Source: a virus (taxonomy: Duplodnaviria > Caudoviricetes). Taken from it: a DNA stretch of 26,645 nt. The notes below the pieces were generated by a model, which saw nothing but the letters and a program-made list of their open reading frames with translations, was not told the origin of the DNA and made no database searches. The translations under genes and the position numbers were made by a program. Location of the stretch: the IMG/VR virus record IMGVR_UViG_3300033512_000234, positions 1-26,645 of that record, one strand, 5' to 3'. Below, piece by piece: positions 9,473 through 18,540 of the stretch (the stretch's first letter is position 1; every line of letters begins with the position of its first letter).

Positions 9473-10932
9473 GTCTATACGGCGTTGGTCCTTCCGGGTT
9501 TATCCCGAAACGTCTCCCGACCATTCGGGAAGAGCTCGCGGTTTTGTTCCGTGTCATTTGGGGAGAAGATACGGACACCGGACCGAATAGCGTAATCGGG
9601 CAAGAAATCGGCGTTTTGGCGAAGCCTATCGCGGACATTTGGGAGCTCGGGGCCGATATTTACACAGCCCGGACAAGAACAGGAGCCGAGGGCGTAGCTC
9701 TCGACGATTACGTCGCGTATCGGAACATTACAAGAGCGGGACCGGCGAAGAGCTCCGCAAGAGTGGCCCTTTTTGCCGATGGGACCGGCGGCGTGAATGT
9801 ACAAAGCGGGACGACAATCCGTTCGAGAATTACCGGGGAAGAGTTTCAACTCTTGACGGCTATTTCTATCTCCTCGGCTTTTGTTATATCGGCAATCTAT
9901 AAAATTCCGGGTACAATCACGGCGGGGACCGTTTACTCTTTCGAACTATCGGAAACCGACGGAACAAACATTCACGTCGTGGAATATACGGCGGCAATCG
10001 GAGATACCCCGGCAAAGGTCGCGGAATTACTCGCGGCGGCGGCTAACGTCGACCCTCGATTCTCGGCGAGTTCCGACGGGGATCTCGTGACGGTTGATAT
10101 TTTCGACGAGATACACGAGTTTAGAACGGGATCACTCCAAAATGTTACACTCGACAAGAGCGGAACGGCGGGAGATTTCGCCGCCAAAAACTCCGGGAAT
10201 ATTGGAGGAGCTCCGGGGACTCTATCGGAAATCGTGACGCCGGTCTCCGGGTTGAGAAGTTGCCGCAATCTTTGGGATATATCAACGGGAAGAGGATCGG
10301 AGACAGACGCGGAACTCCGGGCCCGTTTCGACGCCTCTAAAACAACATCGACCGCGGGAACTATCGACGCCATTTATGAGGCTGTTCGGTCCGTATCCGG
10401 GATTTCATTCGTGAACGTCCGGGAAAATTCGACAGGTATCGAAAAGGGCGGACTCCCGGCAAACTCTTTCGCGGTAGTGTTCGACGGTCAAGCCGGACTA
10501 GAGGATCTAATAGCGGTTAAAATCTGGAATACGAAGCCCGGCGGCATTGAATCGGCGGGGAATATCTCGAGAACCGTATACGACAAAAGCGGGAACCCTC
10601 AAACGGTAAAAATGAGCCGTCCGGATTATCTCCCGGGGCATATTGAAATAGTTATCGATACTTATAACCCGGACGCCATTCCTCCCGCGGATTGGAAAGA
10701 ACGAATCGCACGGAAAGCGGTCGAAATAGCGAGCGATTTTCCGGCGGGTTACGACGTCCCGGCTCAATCTTTAATGGGGGCCGTTTATAGCGTTCCCGGA
10801 ATGGGGACCGCGACGGCTAGAGTCGGGAAAGAAACCTCTCCCGGCGTTATCGTTTGGACCGGCGGTCTCCTCGAGGTTTTGGCCTTCGAGCGTGTCACTT
10901 TCTCAATTGAACGAACAACGGTTACGGGGTAA
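9469..10932 (+). CDS. Baseplate J/gp47-like wedge protein with an internal extra domain
   Basis: 487 aa; YGV...GF..KRL, AEGVALD, GRGSETDAELRAR, GLPANSF, IWNTKPGGI. Confidence 0.9.
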   Translation: MSLYGVGPSGFIPKRLPTIREELAVLFRVIWGEDTDTGPNSVIGQEIGVLAKPIADIWELGADIYTARTRTGAEGVALDDYVAYRNITRAGPAKSSARVALFADGTGGVNVQSGTTIRSRITGEEFQLLTAISISSAFVISAIYKIPGTITAGTVYSFELSETDGTNIHVVEYTAAIGDTPAKVAELLAAAANVDPRFSASSDGDLVTVDIFDEIHEFRTGSLQNVTLDKSGTAGDFAAKNSGNIGGAPGTLSEIVTPVSGLRSCRNLWDISTGRGSETDAELRARFDASKTTSTAGTIDAIYEAVRSVSGISFVNVRENSTGIEKGGLPANSFAVVFDGQAGLEDLIAVKIWNTKPGGIESAGNISRTVYDKSGNPQTVKMSRPDYLPGHIEIVIDTYNPDAIPPADWKERIARKAVEIASDFPAGYDVPAQSLMGAVYSVPGMGTATARVGKETSPGVIVWTGGLLEVLAFERVTFSIERTTVTG

Positions 10933-10934
10933 AT

Positions 10935-11228
10935 ATGTTTTGCATTGTTAAATTGTTCGAGGTAGAAAACGGAGCCGTAAAGTATACGGATATCGGATAC
11001 ACCGAAGAGACGGCACTCGATGAAATTATCGATACGACCGTTTTAAACGATTTCACGGATTGGGCTCAAAATAATATGCAAGGGCTCAACGACGGGACTA
11101 TCTCGGCGGCGTTATTCCTCCAGGAAAAAGGGCTCACATATTTTTATTGTTGTGACTCCACGACGGAGAATATCGACGGCCGTAATTTGGTTGAAATCGT
11201 AAGCCCTATTTTGAATGGGGAGGCGTAA
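10935..11228 (+). CDS. Hypothetical acidic protein (module ORF 1)
   Basis: 97 aa, tightly packed between neighbours. Confidence 0.6.
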   Translation: MFCIVKLFEVENGAVKYTDIGYTEETALDEIIDTTVLNDFTDWAQNNMQGLNDGTISAALFLQEKGLTYFYCCDSTTENIDGRNLVEIVSPILNGEA

Positions 11229-11230
11229 AA

Positions 11231-11911
11231 ATGGCTATACCTACAATCGGAAATAAAACATTTGGAAACCCGACACCGGGTTCGACTACTTACACAATAG
11301 CACACACACAAAACGCGGGGAGCAATAGGGGGCTCCTCGTGTCTTGCACGAACGGGAACGGCGTCGACATTATCGGTGCAACATATAACGGCGTCGCGAT
11401 GCAAAAAGTCGCCGCCGGATTGTGTTCGGATCTATCGCAATATTTCAACGGTTTTTTTCTCGACAATCCGGCCGAGGGAAATAATAATATTGTAATCACG
11501 TTTAACGCTCAATTGTGGTCGCCTTTGAGTATCGCGGCGTATTCGTTCACTGGTTGCGGCGGCGTTGGCTCCTATTCTTTGCAAGTTACCCCGGCCGACC
11601 CGTTGAGTATCACGATTTCGTGTTCTCAAGACTCCTTAATCTTTGCCCGCGGTCAATCAAACCAAGGTGCGAGCAGTATCGTAATAGATGGGACAAGCTA
11701 CCCGACTTTTAACGCCTTCGACTTTCAACACAATACAAATAGTCAAGCGTGGGGGAAACTCGGAATCGTTGGAGTCTCTTCCGGAAATAGAACGACTGTT
11801 CTCGACGCTACGAGCGGGAATTGTGCCGGGCACGTAATCGAAATTAAAGCGGGGGGAGCTACCTCGGAAACTACAAACGAATACTATTATCGACAGAGGA
11901 GAAACTCATGA
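11231..11911 (+). CDS. Beta-rich putative virion accessory / receptor-binding domain protein (module ORF 2)
   Basis: 226 aa Gly/Ser/Thr/Asn-rich; GGAGG RBS; ends YYYRQRRNS overlapping the next start. Confidence 0.6.
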   Translation: MAIPTIGNKTFGNPTPGSTTYTIAHTQNAGSNRGLLVSCTNGNGVDIIGATYNGVAMQKVAAGLCSDLSQYFNGFFLDNPAEGNNNIVITFNAQLWSPLSIAAYSFTGCGGVGSYSLQVTPADPLSITISCSQDSLIFARGQSNQGASSIVIDGTSYPTFNAFDFQHNTNSQAWGKLGIVGVSSGNRTTVLDATSGNCAGHVIEIKAGGATSETTNEYYYRQRRNS

Positions 11912-13812
11912 ACATTTTGAAGTACAACACGGCGACCGAAATACTTTTCGGGCCGCTTGTTGGTGAAGATGGTAAAACGCCATATACCGGAACCGTCACA
12001 GCGTCCGAGGTCAAACTCTCAAAAGGGTTAGAAGCGTCTGGGAATATTACCTATGGAGCTTTTGGGAGTGCCACAAATGCCCCGGTCCACATGGCGAACG
12101 GGGTCTATAAATTGGCTCTAACGGCTACAGAGGCGATGTGCAGTATTTTAGTACTATCGACCGTTAAGTCTACGGCGTGGCTATCTCATTGGGAAAAATT
12201 TGAGGTTTTAACCTCTATGGGTTACGGTATTATGAGAGGTTCGACATCGGTCACGGCAAATGTGGCATTGATCGAAGGAACCGACGCGACCACGTACTAT
12301 GAAACACAGAGAGATTCTATTGTAGCGTTTGTTGATAGTTCTGATACAACTATCAAAAATCAAATAATTGTAACGGTAAATGCGGCCCGGGACTCCGTAA
12401 ACGCGAATATTGATAATGGCGTATCGGTAAGCGGGACGATGGACTCGAACCTCGTCGCAATCGACGGAATGACTCTTTTATCCGGAGAGGCGTCTCTCAA
12501 TCTTAAACACTTGAATATTATCACGAACTCGGGTTCGGCGGTTGTTATTAAAACGGACGAGCCTATCGGTGGAGTAAATGACACTTATCCGACTATCGAT
12601 ATCATTCGAGGCAAAAGTAATGGAACCGACGGGGCTCCGATTGGCGTCCGGGTCTCTTGTACTTCGAACGAGCTTTACGCCTCGGCGGTAAAGTTTAGCG
12701 GAGGGACCGGCCTCGAGGCGTCGGACTTGCTCGCGAAAGAAATCGGAGCGACTCAAGTCAACACGGAGACAATTATCGCGGATCTCGCGAACGGAGTCCC
12801 CGCCGATGTTACGAAAATCGGGGGGGTCAATTTGGCGAGTCACGTCGCGGGATATATGCCTATCGACGGATCAACGATAAACCAAAATATCGACCAAAGC
12901 GAGGTCAAAATCGATCAAATCGTCGCGAAGTTACCGGCCGCCGGGCTTATCGCGTCACAATCGGACGTGCAAAGTATTATAAATAATACGACTTTTGTCA
13001 CAACAATTCCGGAGACGGCTCTCAAACCGGAAACAGGCTCGACGGCTTACCGTATCCGTGCCCTCGTGTACGATGCGGCCGGGAATATGGAAGCGACGGA
13101 CAACGGGGTCGGCATTCGTCTTACGAGCATGACAAACGCGAACCTCAACGGTCGACTTTTCAAAGATCAAGCTCTCACGGTCCCGGTTGCGGCTCACCCT
13201 ACATACTCCGGTTATGGGTCGATGGAGGTAGTCTCCGGAGAAACCGGAGTTTTCGAGATTTGGTATAAATCAAGCTCGACCGATTTCGAGGGTCCCGTCC
13301 TCGTAGACTTCAAATATGCGGAAAATGGTCAAGTAAAATTGCATAACCGAATGACTCAAGTCGTGAGTGTTATCCCCGGGGAGTCTACTCTCTCGGATAC
13401 TACGGCGAACAAGGAAGTAATCGCGAAGGCAATCCGGAACTATATCCCAACGGCGACGCTCACGGCGGGCTCTATTGAGTCGACAATCCGTTCGGACATT
13501 TCCGCGGTAGGTGTTGACGTTGATTCGACATTTAGTAAATTAAATGAGGTTGACGCGGATCTCGCGGACGTAGCGGCGGAAGTCGCGAAGATTGTCGCGA
13601 AGCTACCGACCGGCGGGGCTCTCATTTCGAGCTTGTCAATGGCGACGGCTACCACAGAGGGGACAACTCTCGCGGAAAGTATCGACCTCGTTCGGGCGGC
13701 TCTTCGTGGGAAAATGACTCTCGACGGGAATACTCTCACTTTCTACAAAAAAGACGGAGCGACGGCCCTTTTCCGGGTAGTGGTTACGGCAACGGATAGA
13801 ACGCCGATTTAA
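11908..13812 (+). CDS. Large fibre/appendage-like virion protein (module ORF 3)
   Basis: 634 aa; GAGGAG RBS; alternating beta-rich and heptad segments; C-terminus TLAESIDLVRAALRGKMTLDGNTLTFYKKDG. Confidence 0.65.
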   Translation: MNILKYNTATEILFGPLVGEDGKTPYTGTVTASEVKLSKGLEASGNITYGAFGSATNAPVHMANGVYKLALTATEAMCSILVLSTVKSTAWLSHWEKFEVLTSMGYGIMRGSTSVTANVALIEGTDATTYYETQRDSIVAFVDSSDTTIKNQIIVTVNAARDSVNANIDNGVSVSGTMDSNLVAIDGMTLLSGEASLNLKHLNIITNSGSAVVIKTDEPIGGVNDTYPTIDIIRGKSNGTDGAPIGVRVSCTSNELYASAVKFSGGTGLEASDLLAKEIGATQVNTETIIADLANGVPADVTKIGGVNLASHVAGYMPIDGSTINQNIDQSEVKIDQIVAKLPAAGLIASQSDVQSIINNTTFVTTIPETALKPETGSTAYRIRALVYDAAGNMEATDNGVGIRLTSMTNANLNGRLFKDQALTVPVAAHPTYSGYGSMEVVSGETGVFEIWYKSSSTDFEGPVLVDFKYAENGQVKLHNRMTQVVSVIPGESTLSDTTANKEVIAKAIRNYIPTATLTAGSIESTIRSDISAVGVDVDSTFSKLNEVDADLADVAAEVAKIVAKLPTGGALISSLSMATATTEGTTLAESIDLVRAALRGKMTLDGNTLTFYKKDGATALFRVVVTATDRTPI

Positions 13813-13822
13813 AGGGGACAAA

Positions 13823-13999
13823 ATGGCTATTGATCTAGTCAAAGACGTTTCAACAGTTGGGGAGGTGGCTCCGGCCTCCTCTCTTTGTGTTTCGTCGTTG
13901 GGGTATTTTAGAGAGATTGATCCAAACGACCCGGAAACGGCGGCGGTAAACCTCTTACTCGAGCAATTCAAGAGACCAATTAGAGACGGCGAGGTCTAA
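13823..13999 (+). CDS. 58-aa protein (not in ORF track), probably carrying the N-terminal helix of the DUF2612-type wedge
   Basis: AAGGGG RBS then MAIDLVKDVSTVGEVAPASSLCVSSLGYFREIDPNDPETAAVNLLLEQFKRPIRDGEV; fills the gap exactly. Confidence 0.75.
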   Translation: MAIDLVKDVSTVGEVAPASSLCVSSLGYFREIDPNDPETAAVNLLLEQFKRPIRDGEV

Positions 14000-14001
14000 C
14001 A

Positions 14002-14520
14002 ATGGCGGACATTTTAAAAGCGAAAATCGTCGCGGTCGCTTCGATGCTCAAAGAGGCCAAAGACGCGGTAAATTCCGTTCGGTTTTTGTGGAGTATAGAA
14101 ACATCGTTCGGGGACGCTCTCGACGACGTGGGGGCCATTGTTGGGGAGCCTCGCAAGGGAAGAACAGACGACCCGTATAGAATAGCGATAAAATCCCGCA
14201 TTCGTCTTAATAACTCAAACGGGGAGCCCGACGCGGTTATCGAGGCGGCAGAGCTAACAACGGACGGCGGAGTCTTTGAATATCGCGAGGACTACCCGGC
14301 GACTATCGAGCTCTATTCCGACGAGAATACGCTCTCCCGTGACGTATTCCGGGGGGCGTTACCGTATAAGGCGGCCGGGGTTGAGCTTGTAATGATCGAG
14401 GCGGGTAATATTAATTATTTTGTATTCGAAAAAGAGAACGGAATCGGACGCGACGGGAAGGGTTTTTCGGAGGGTTCGGACCACGGCGGATATTTTTCAG
14501 AAATCTATACAAAGGGCTAG
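14002..14520 (+). CDS. Baseplate wedge protein (DUF2612 / gpI-gp48-like), N-terminally short
   Basis: 172 aa; G.ALDDVGAIVGEPR.GR.DD.YR.AIK.RI..N.SNG.P and KAAGV motifs. Confidence 0.8.
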   Translation: MADILKAKIVAVASMLKEAKDAVNSVRFLWSIETSFGDALDDVGAIVGEPRKGRTDDPYRIAIKSRIRLNNSNGEPDAVIEAAELTTDGGVFEYREDYPATIELYSDENTLSRDVFRGALPYKAAGVELVMIEAGNINYFVFEKENGIGRDGKGFSEGSDHGGYFSEIYTKG

Positions 14521-14523
14521 AAA

Positions 14524-15366
14524 ATGGCAACAAAACCGACAGAACTCCCGGAGTGGGCGAAATCCGACAAAATCGACCCGGATAGCGGCGAGAATAATGT
14601 AAACTCTCCAACATCGGCTCAAAAGAACTTTGGATATTCAAGCCCGAAACAATACCCCGCTCGTCAAGCGTGGAATTGGCTCGGCCGGGCGTTGACGAAT
14701 TGGGTCGCGTGGTTTAACCAACAAGAACAAACGCACACGGCCCAAATTAGCTCACTAGATATGCAATTACTAGCAACGGACGCGAAAGCCTCGCAAGCCG
14801 CCGCAAAAGCCGAAGCGAATAGACTCAAAAACGTAGAGCAAGACAACGAAATCGCGGTTTTAGATACGAGAGTTACGGCGGTCGAGGCGTTTATCGGTTC
14901 GCCTATCGGGTCTATCGTTCCATACTTCGGAGACGAGGCGAGTCTCGCCGCTTCTGCCGGTGACTCATGGCTCGTATGTGACGGTTCGGCATTCGATCAA
15001 GCGGCATACCCGGGGCTCTTGTTACATTTCTCTAACATTGGGAAGCCAAACCCGGCAACACTCCCGAATCTTTCGGGGTACACGGTTATCGGTGTGGGAG
15101 GTTACACCGACGCGAGCGGCTCGTATAATTACGCTCTCGGCGATACCGTCGGAACTGCTAAACACAAATTGACAGAGGACGAGCTCGCGGCTCACTCTCA
15201 CGGGGCAACGGGGAAAACAACACCGGGCCAGAACGACCCCTTTGCGTTCTATCTCGACAAAGGGACATATGACGCAACGTATGAAACCGACGAAACGGGC
15301 GGAGACGGATATCACGAGAACCGTCAACCATCATTTGCATTAACCTACATTATAAAAGCGAAATAG
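14524..15366 (+). CDS. Short tail fibre with tail-collar domain
   Basis: 280 aa; KP..LPEWA N-terminus, coiled coil, PIGSIVPY...WLVCDG......YP.L...LPNL, HKLT..ELAAHSH...HENRQP......IIKA. Confidence 0.85.
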   Translation: MATKPTELPEWAKSDKIDPDSGENNVNSPTSAQKNFGYSSPKQYPARQAWNWLGRALTNWVAWFNQQEQTHTAQISSLDMQLLATDAKASQAAAKAEANRLKNVEQDNEIAVLDTRVTAVEAFIGSPIGSIVPYFGDEASLAASAGDSWLVCDGSAFDQAAYPGLLLHFSNIGKPNPATLPNLSGYTVIGVGGYTDASGSYNYALGDTVGTAKHKLTEDELAAHSHGATGKTTPGQNDPFAFYLDKGTYDATYETDETGGDGYHENRQPSFALTYIIKAK

Positions 15367-15376
15367 GGGGCAACAA

Positions 15377-16204
15377 ATGGCGGCCGAGTTTATGAGTGCG
15401 GAGTATATCGGGACGGCTATCGCGGGGACTATCTACGTTTTATACAACGAGATTTACAGCAAGAGAAAAGCCCGAAAGACTAACGCGGAACAATCTGAGG
15501 GGCTCCGGGTAGAGGTTCGGGCCTTAAAGGAAAAACTCGACAGCGAAAGTAAACGGCACGTGCGAGACGTTGAGGTCGTAATCGAATCGATGCGGCACAA
15601 AAACGACCTTGTATTGATGCAAAAAGAGCTTTACGAAGAAGAGCGGAAGGTATCGGCAGAAGAGGCGGCCAACGAAATGCGGGCCGCCGTTCGCGGCTCC
15701 TTCCGTGTTTTACGTTCGGATATTATATCCCGTTTTTCCGATGATCTTACACAGAGCGTTTTGCATTGGAAATGCGAGGCGGGCGTCGAGAAGTGCCCGA
15801 CACTTCCGAAGCTACACGACGCGAACCTTTTAGCGTATAAAGGGGCTCTCGAGCGGGCCGGTGACAAGGCAGAAAGCATGGCCGAGGACTTTATCCTCTT
15901 GAACGGATATTACGGCCTCGGAGTTTCGGACCTCGAGCAATACCTAGTGAGTAAAAACCGAGAGATACACCGGACATGGTGGGACGGCATGAAAGAAGAG
16001 GGCCGGACGTTGACGCTAATCGAAGGGATTCGACAAGACCGGGTACAAGAGGACTATATCCTCACTCATTGGCGGACGCTCGTATCGACGTGTATCCGCA
16101 TTAAAACTCAAGAGAAAACAAGAGTTTCGGAAGCGAAACGGAGATTCGAGGGGGCCGTCGCGAGAATTTACGGCGACCGACGAGAAGTTCGAGAGGGGGA
16201 CTAG
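15377..16204 (+). CDS. Membrane-anchored coiled-coil protein at the holin position
   Basis: 275 aa; one N-terminal hydrophobic stretch (YIGTAIAGTIYVLY) followed by basic residues; directly upstream of endolysin. Confidence 0.55.
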   Translation: MAAEFMSAEYIGTAIAGTIYVLYNEIYSKRKARKTNAEQSEGLRVEVRALKEKLDSESKRHVRDVEVVIESMRHKNDLVLMQKELYEEERKVSAEEAANEMRAAVRGSFRVLRSDIISRFSDDLTQSVLHWKCEAGVEKCPTLPKLHDANLLAYKGALERAGDKAESMAEDFILLNGYYGLGVSDLEQYLVSKNREIHRTWWDGMKEEGRTLTLIEGIRQDRVQEDYILTHWRTLVSTCIRIKTQEKTRVSEAKRRFEGAVARIYGDRREVREGD

Positions 16205-16798
16205 ATGGCTGAATTTTCAAGAGCGGAAGAGTTCACAAAAGGGGTTGAGGGCGGATACGTAAACGACCCTCGAGACAATGGGGGAGAAACGATTTTCGGG
16301 ATCTCTCGAAAATCAAATCCATCATGGGACGGTTGGCGAAAGGTCGACGAGTTCAAGAAAGGACAATTCCCGAAAAATGCAGAGACAAACGCAGAGCTCT
16401 ACAGCATGGCCCGGGAGTTTTACCGGGTGAAGTATTGGAACCCTCTCGGGCTCCATTCGATCACGAGCGAAGCCCTCGCCGGGGTCGTTTACGACTTCGG
16501 GGTAAATGCGGGAATACGGAGAGCCGGGGAGACTCTACAAAGAGCCCTCAATTTTCTCAATCGTTCCGGGAGAGTGTTCCCGGAGTTGCTCGTCGACGGT
16601 AATATCGGAGAGAAAACAATCGATGCGGCTAATAAGCTATTTAAGGCCGGAGATGATTCGGACCTCGTTGTCGTGTATTCTTCCCTTCGTGTCGCGTTTT
16701 ACGTTTCGATCTCCGAAAGCGGCGGGGAACAAGATCTATTCGCCCGGTCATGGCTCGGGCGTTGTCGTTTATCAATCAAAGGGAAGGGCGTAAAATGA
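16205..16798 (+). CDS. Endolysin, glycoside hydrolase family 108 with peptidoglycan-binding domain
   Basis: 197 aa; EGGYVNDPRDNGGET.FGIS, FY...YW, D.GVNAG, LQRALN, VDGNIG.KT. Confidence 0.92.
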   Translation: MAEFSRAEEFTKGVEGGYVNDPRDNGGETIFGISRKSNPSWDGWRKVDEFKKGQFPKNAETNAELYSMAREFYRVKYWNPLGLHSITSEALAGVVYDFGVNAGIRRAGETLQRALNFLNRSGRVFPELLVDGNIGEKTIDAANKLFKAGDDSDLVVVYSSLRVAFYVSISESGGEQDLFARSWLGRCRLSIKGKGVK

Positions 16799-17343
16799 AG
16801 TATCAAGCTCCGGCGATTAACTACAGCAAAATAAAGACGGGGGATATCATTTTCACCGGCGGCCGCGGGATTTTCTCGCGTCTCATTCGCCGCATTACGG
16901 CGAGAGGGAAATCTCAATCGGAGGCGGTGACTCACGTCGCGATAGCGTTCGACGTTCACGGTCAAATTCTTATCGCGGAAATGCTCGGCAGTGGTTTAAG
17001 TATATCAAGCCTCGAAGAGTATCGAAAAGGGCCTCGCCGCTTTATTATCGGAATTGGAACAATTAAGACAATGACCGACTATAAACGGGAAGAGCTCGCG
17101 AAGGTTATCGCATTACATCGACGGAAAACTATCGAGTATGATTACCCGGGTATTTTTGAGTTCTTGACAATCGGACACGAAGATCCTAATCGTTTTTACT
17201 GTTCCGAGTATGCGGCGAAGTTGCTTTTTGATTTTGCCGGGATTCGAATCGTAAGAGGAGACACCGGGGGAATATCTCCGGAGGATCTATTCGAGTTTTT
17301 CACGATAGACAGCCGGGCGGAAATGATCGACTACAAAGCATAG
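16795..17343 (+). CDS. Permuted papain-like amidase (YiiX/YebB, NlpC/P60 superfamily)
   Basis: Start reassigned to ATG 16795; 182 aa; GDIIF, THVAI (His), YDY, FYCSE (Cys), SP.DL. Confidence 0.85.
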   Translation: MKYQAPAINYSKIKTGDIIFTGGRGIFSRLIRRITARGKSQSEAVTHVAIAFDVHGQILIAEMLGSGLSISSLEEYRKGPRRFIIGIGTIKTMTDYKREELAKVIALHRRKTIEYDYPGIFEFLTIGHEDPNRFYCSEYAAKLLFDFAGIRIVRGDTGGISPEDLFEFFTIDSRAEMIDYKA

Positions 17344-17370
17344 TCAATTTAATTACATCTAGTTGCAAGC

Positions 17371-17400
17371 GGCCCCGGGTTACACTCGGGGCCTTTTTTT
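17371..17400 (+). terminator. Intrinsic terminator ending the late/lysis operon
   Basis: GGCCCCGGGT-TAC-ACTCGGGGCC followed by T7. Confidence 0.9.
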
Positions 17401-17455
17401 ACTCTTATTTTGGTCTTGTTTTTTATTTGGAATTTGGCGAAAAACGTTTGTTTTG

Positions 17456-17543
17456 TAAACCATTTGTAAAGCAAAAGCAAAGCAAATGGTAAGCATTTGA
17501 AATGCAATTGCAAAGCATTTGGTAATCAAATGAAAACCAAAAA
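17456..17543. repeat. Tandem array of 7-8 degenerate 11-bp repeats (candidate origin iterons)
   Basis: TAAACCATTTG TAAAGCAAAAG CAAAGCAAATG GTAAGCATTTG AAATGCAATTG CAAAGCATTTG GTAATCAAATG AAAACCAAAAA, contiguous. Confidence 0.8.
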
Positions 17544-17619
17544 CGAACCTTTGCAAAGAGAAACGTGTAATGTAGTATTCTCTTTTATTAATAGAATTTG
17601 AATTGATTTTAAAAAAGAG

Positions 17620-17661
17620 TTGATAATACTCCGCGAGTGTGTTATATTTGGGAATGTAACA
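17620..17661 (+). promoter_or_regulatory. Early promoter P1 with overlapping 22-bp palindrome
   Basis: TTGATA-17 nt-TATATT with extended -10 TG; TGTTATATT-TGGG-AATGTAACA at 17640-17661. Confidence 0.85.
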
Positions 17662-17706
17662 ACGGCGAACGGTTCGCCGGTGAAACTTAAAAACGGAGGC
17701 GGAAAC

Positions 17707-18540
17707 GTGGAAAACATCGAAGAAATGGCACTCACGACCGGCGTGTCGATGATGCTCTCCCCGGAGGTTATTCTCGACCAAAAGAAAAAAATTCATGATC
17801 TAATGGCAAAATCGTTTGTTCCGGGCGTTCATTACGGGACAATCCCCGGAGCGGGCAAAAAGCCGGTTCTGTTTAAAGCGGGGGCCGAGTATTTGGCTTT
17901 TGCCTTTAATCTCCGGCCGCATACCGAAATGACCCCGGTCTATACTCCCGACGGCCATTTAACTTGTTCGGTTCGTGTCGTTGTTCACGCCTCGGACGGG
18001 ACCTATCTCGGCGACGGCTACGGAGTATGTTCGACCCGTGAAACAAAATACGCCTTTAAGCGGGCAGATCTACTTTGCCCGGATTGCGGTAAACCGGCAA
18101 TACGACGGAGTAAAGAGGAATACGGTGGCGGGTGGTATTGTAACACTCGTTCGGAAGGTTGCGGGGCCAAATTCCCCAAAGGAGACGCTCGTCTCGAGCA
18201 ACAAACGGCAACGACCGCGACAAACCCCGCCGATTTCTATAATACGGTTACGAAAATGGGGCACAAACGCGGATTAGTTGCGGCGATGCTCGTCACGACG
18301 GCGGCCTCGGCCTTTTTTACTCAAGATCTCGAAGACGGGGCATATACCGGCCCGGACTTCTTAGAGGCCGAACAATGCGAGGCAATCGCGGAAGAGCTCC
18401 AAAGAGTCGGCGGGGATATTTCGAAGATGCTCGCGGCCTTGGGAGTATCGAATATTTACGAAATTCGCGAGGTTCATCTCGTTACCATTCAAAATGCAAT
18501 CGAAGGACATAAACGAAGAAACGGAAGGGCGGGCCGATAA
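17707..18540 (+). CDS. Putative single-strand annealing / recombination protein with inserted Zn-ribbon
   Basis: Start reassigned to GTG 17707 (GGAGG at 17695); 277 aa; HYGTIPG..KP.LFKAGAE.L, G.CST.E.KY, NTV.KM..KR..VAA.L......FFTQDLED; CPDC...C......C insert. Confidence 0.65.
   Translation: MENIEEMALTTGVSMMLSPEVILDQKKKIHDLMAKSFVPGVHYGTIPGAGKKPVLFKAGAEYLAFAFNLRPHTEMTPVYTPDGHLTCSVRVVVHASDGTYLGDGYGVCSTRETKYAFKRADLLCPDCGKPAIRRSKEEYGGGWYCNTRSEGCGAKFPKGDARLEQQTATTATNPADFYNTVTKMGHKRGLVAAMLVTTAASAFFTQDLEDGAYTGPDFLEAEQCEAIAEELQRVGGDISKMLAALGVSNIYEIREVHLVTIQNAIEGHKRRNGRAGR

Noticed and set aside
13984-14001. Programmed frameshift joining the 58-aa ORF to DUF2612
   Set aside because: A TAG at 13981 limits the window, no slippery heptamer is present, and the downstream ORF has its own RBS and ATG
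11231-15366. Diversity-generating retroelement or invertible fibre segment
   Set aside because: No reverse transcriptase, invertase, TR/VR pair or flanking inverted sites seen
17456-17543. CRISPR or mini-array interpretation of the 11-bp repeats
   Set aside because: Units are contiguous, short and degenerate with no unique spacers; no cas genes
17620-17706. TTG start for the 306-aa ORF
   Set aside because: That TTG is the -35 box; GTG 17707 has a GGAGG RBS
17380-17796. 138-aa minus-strand ORF across the control region
   Set aside because: Translates the repeat array, overlaps promoter P1 and the terminator, no recognisable motif
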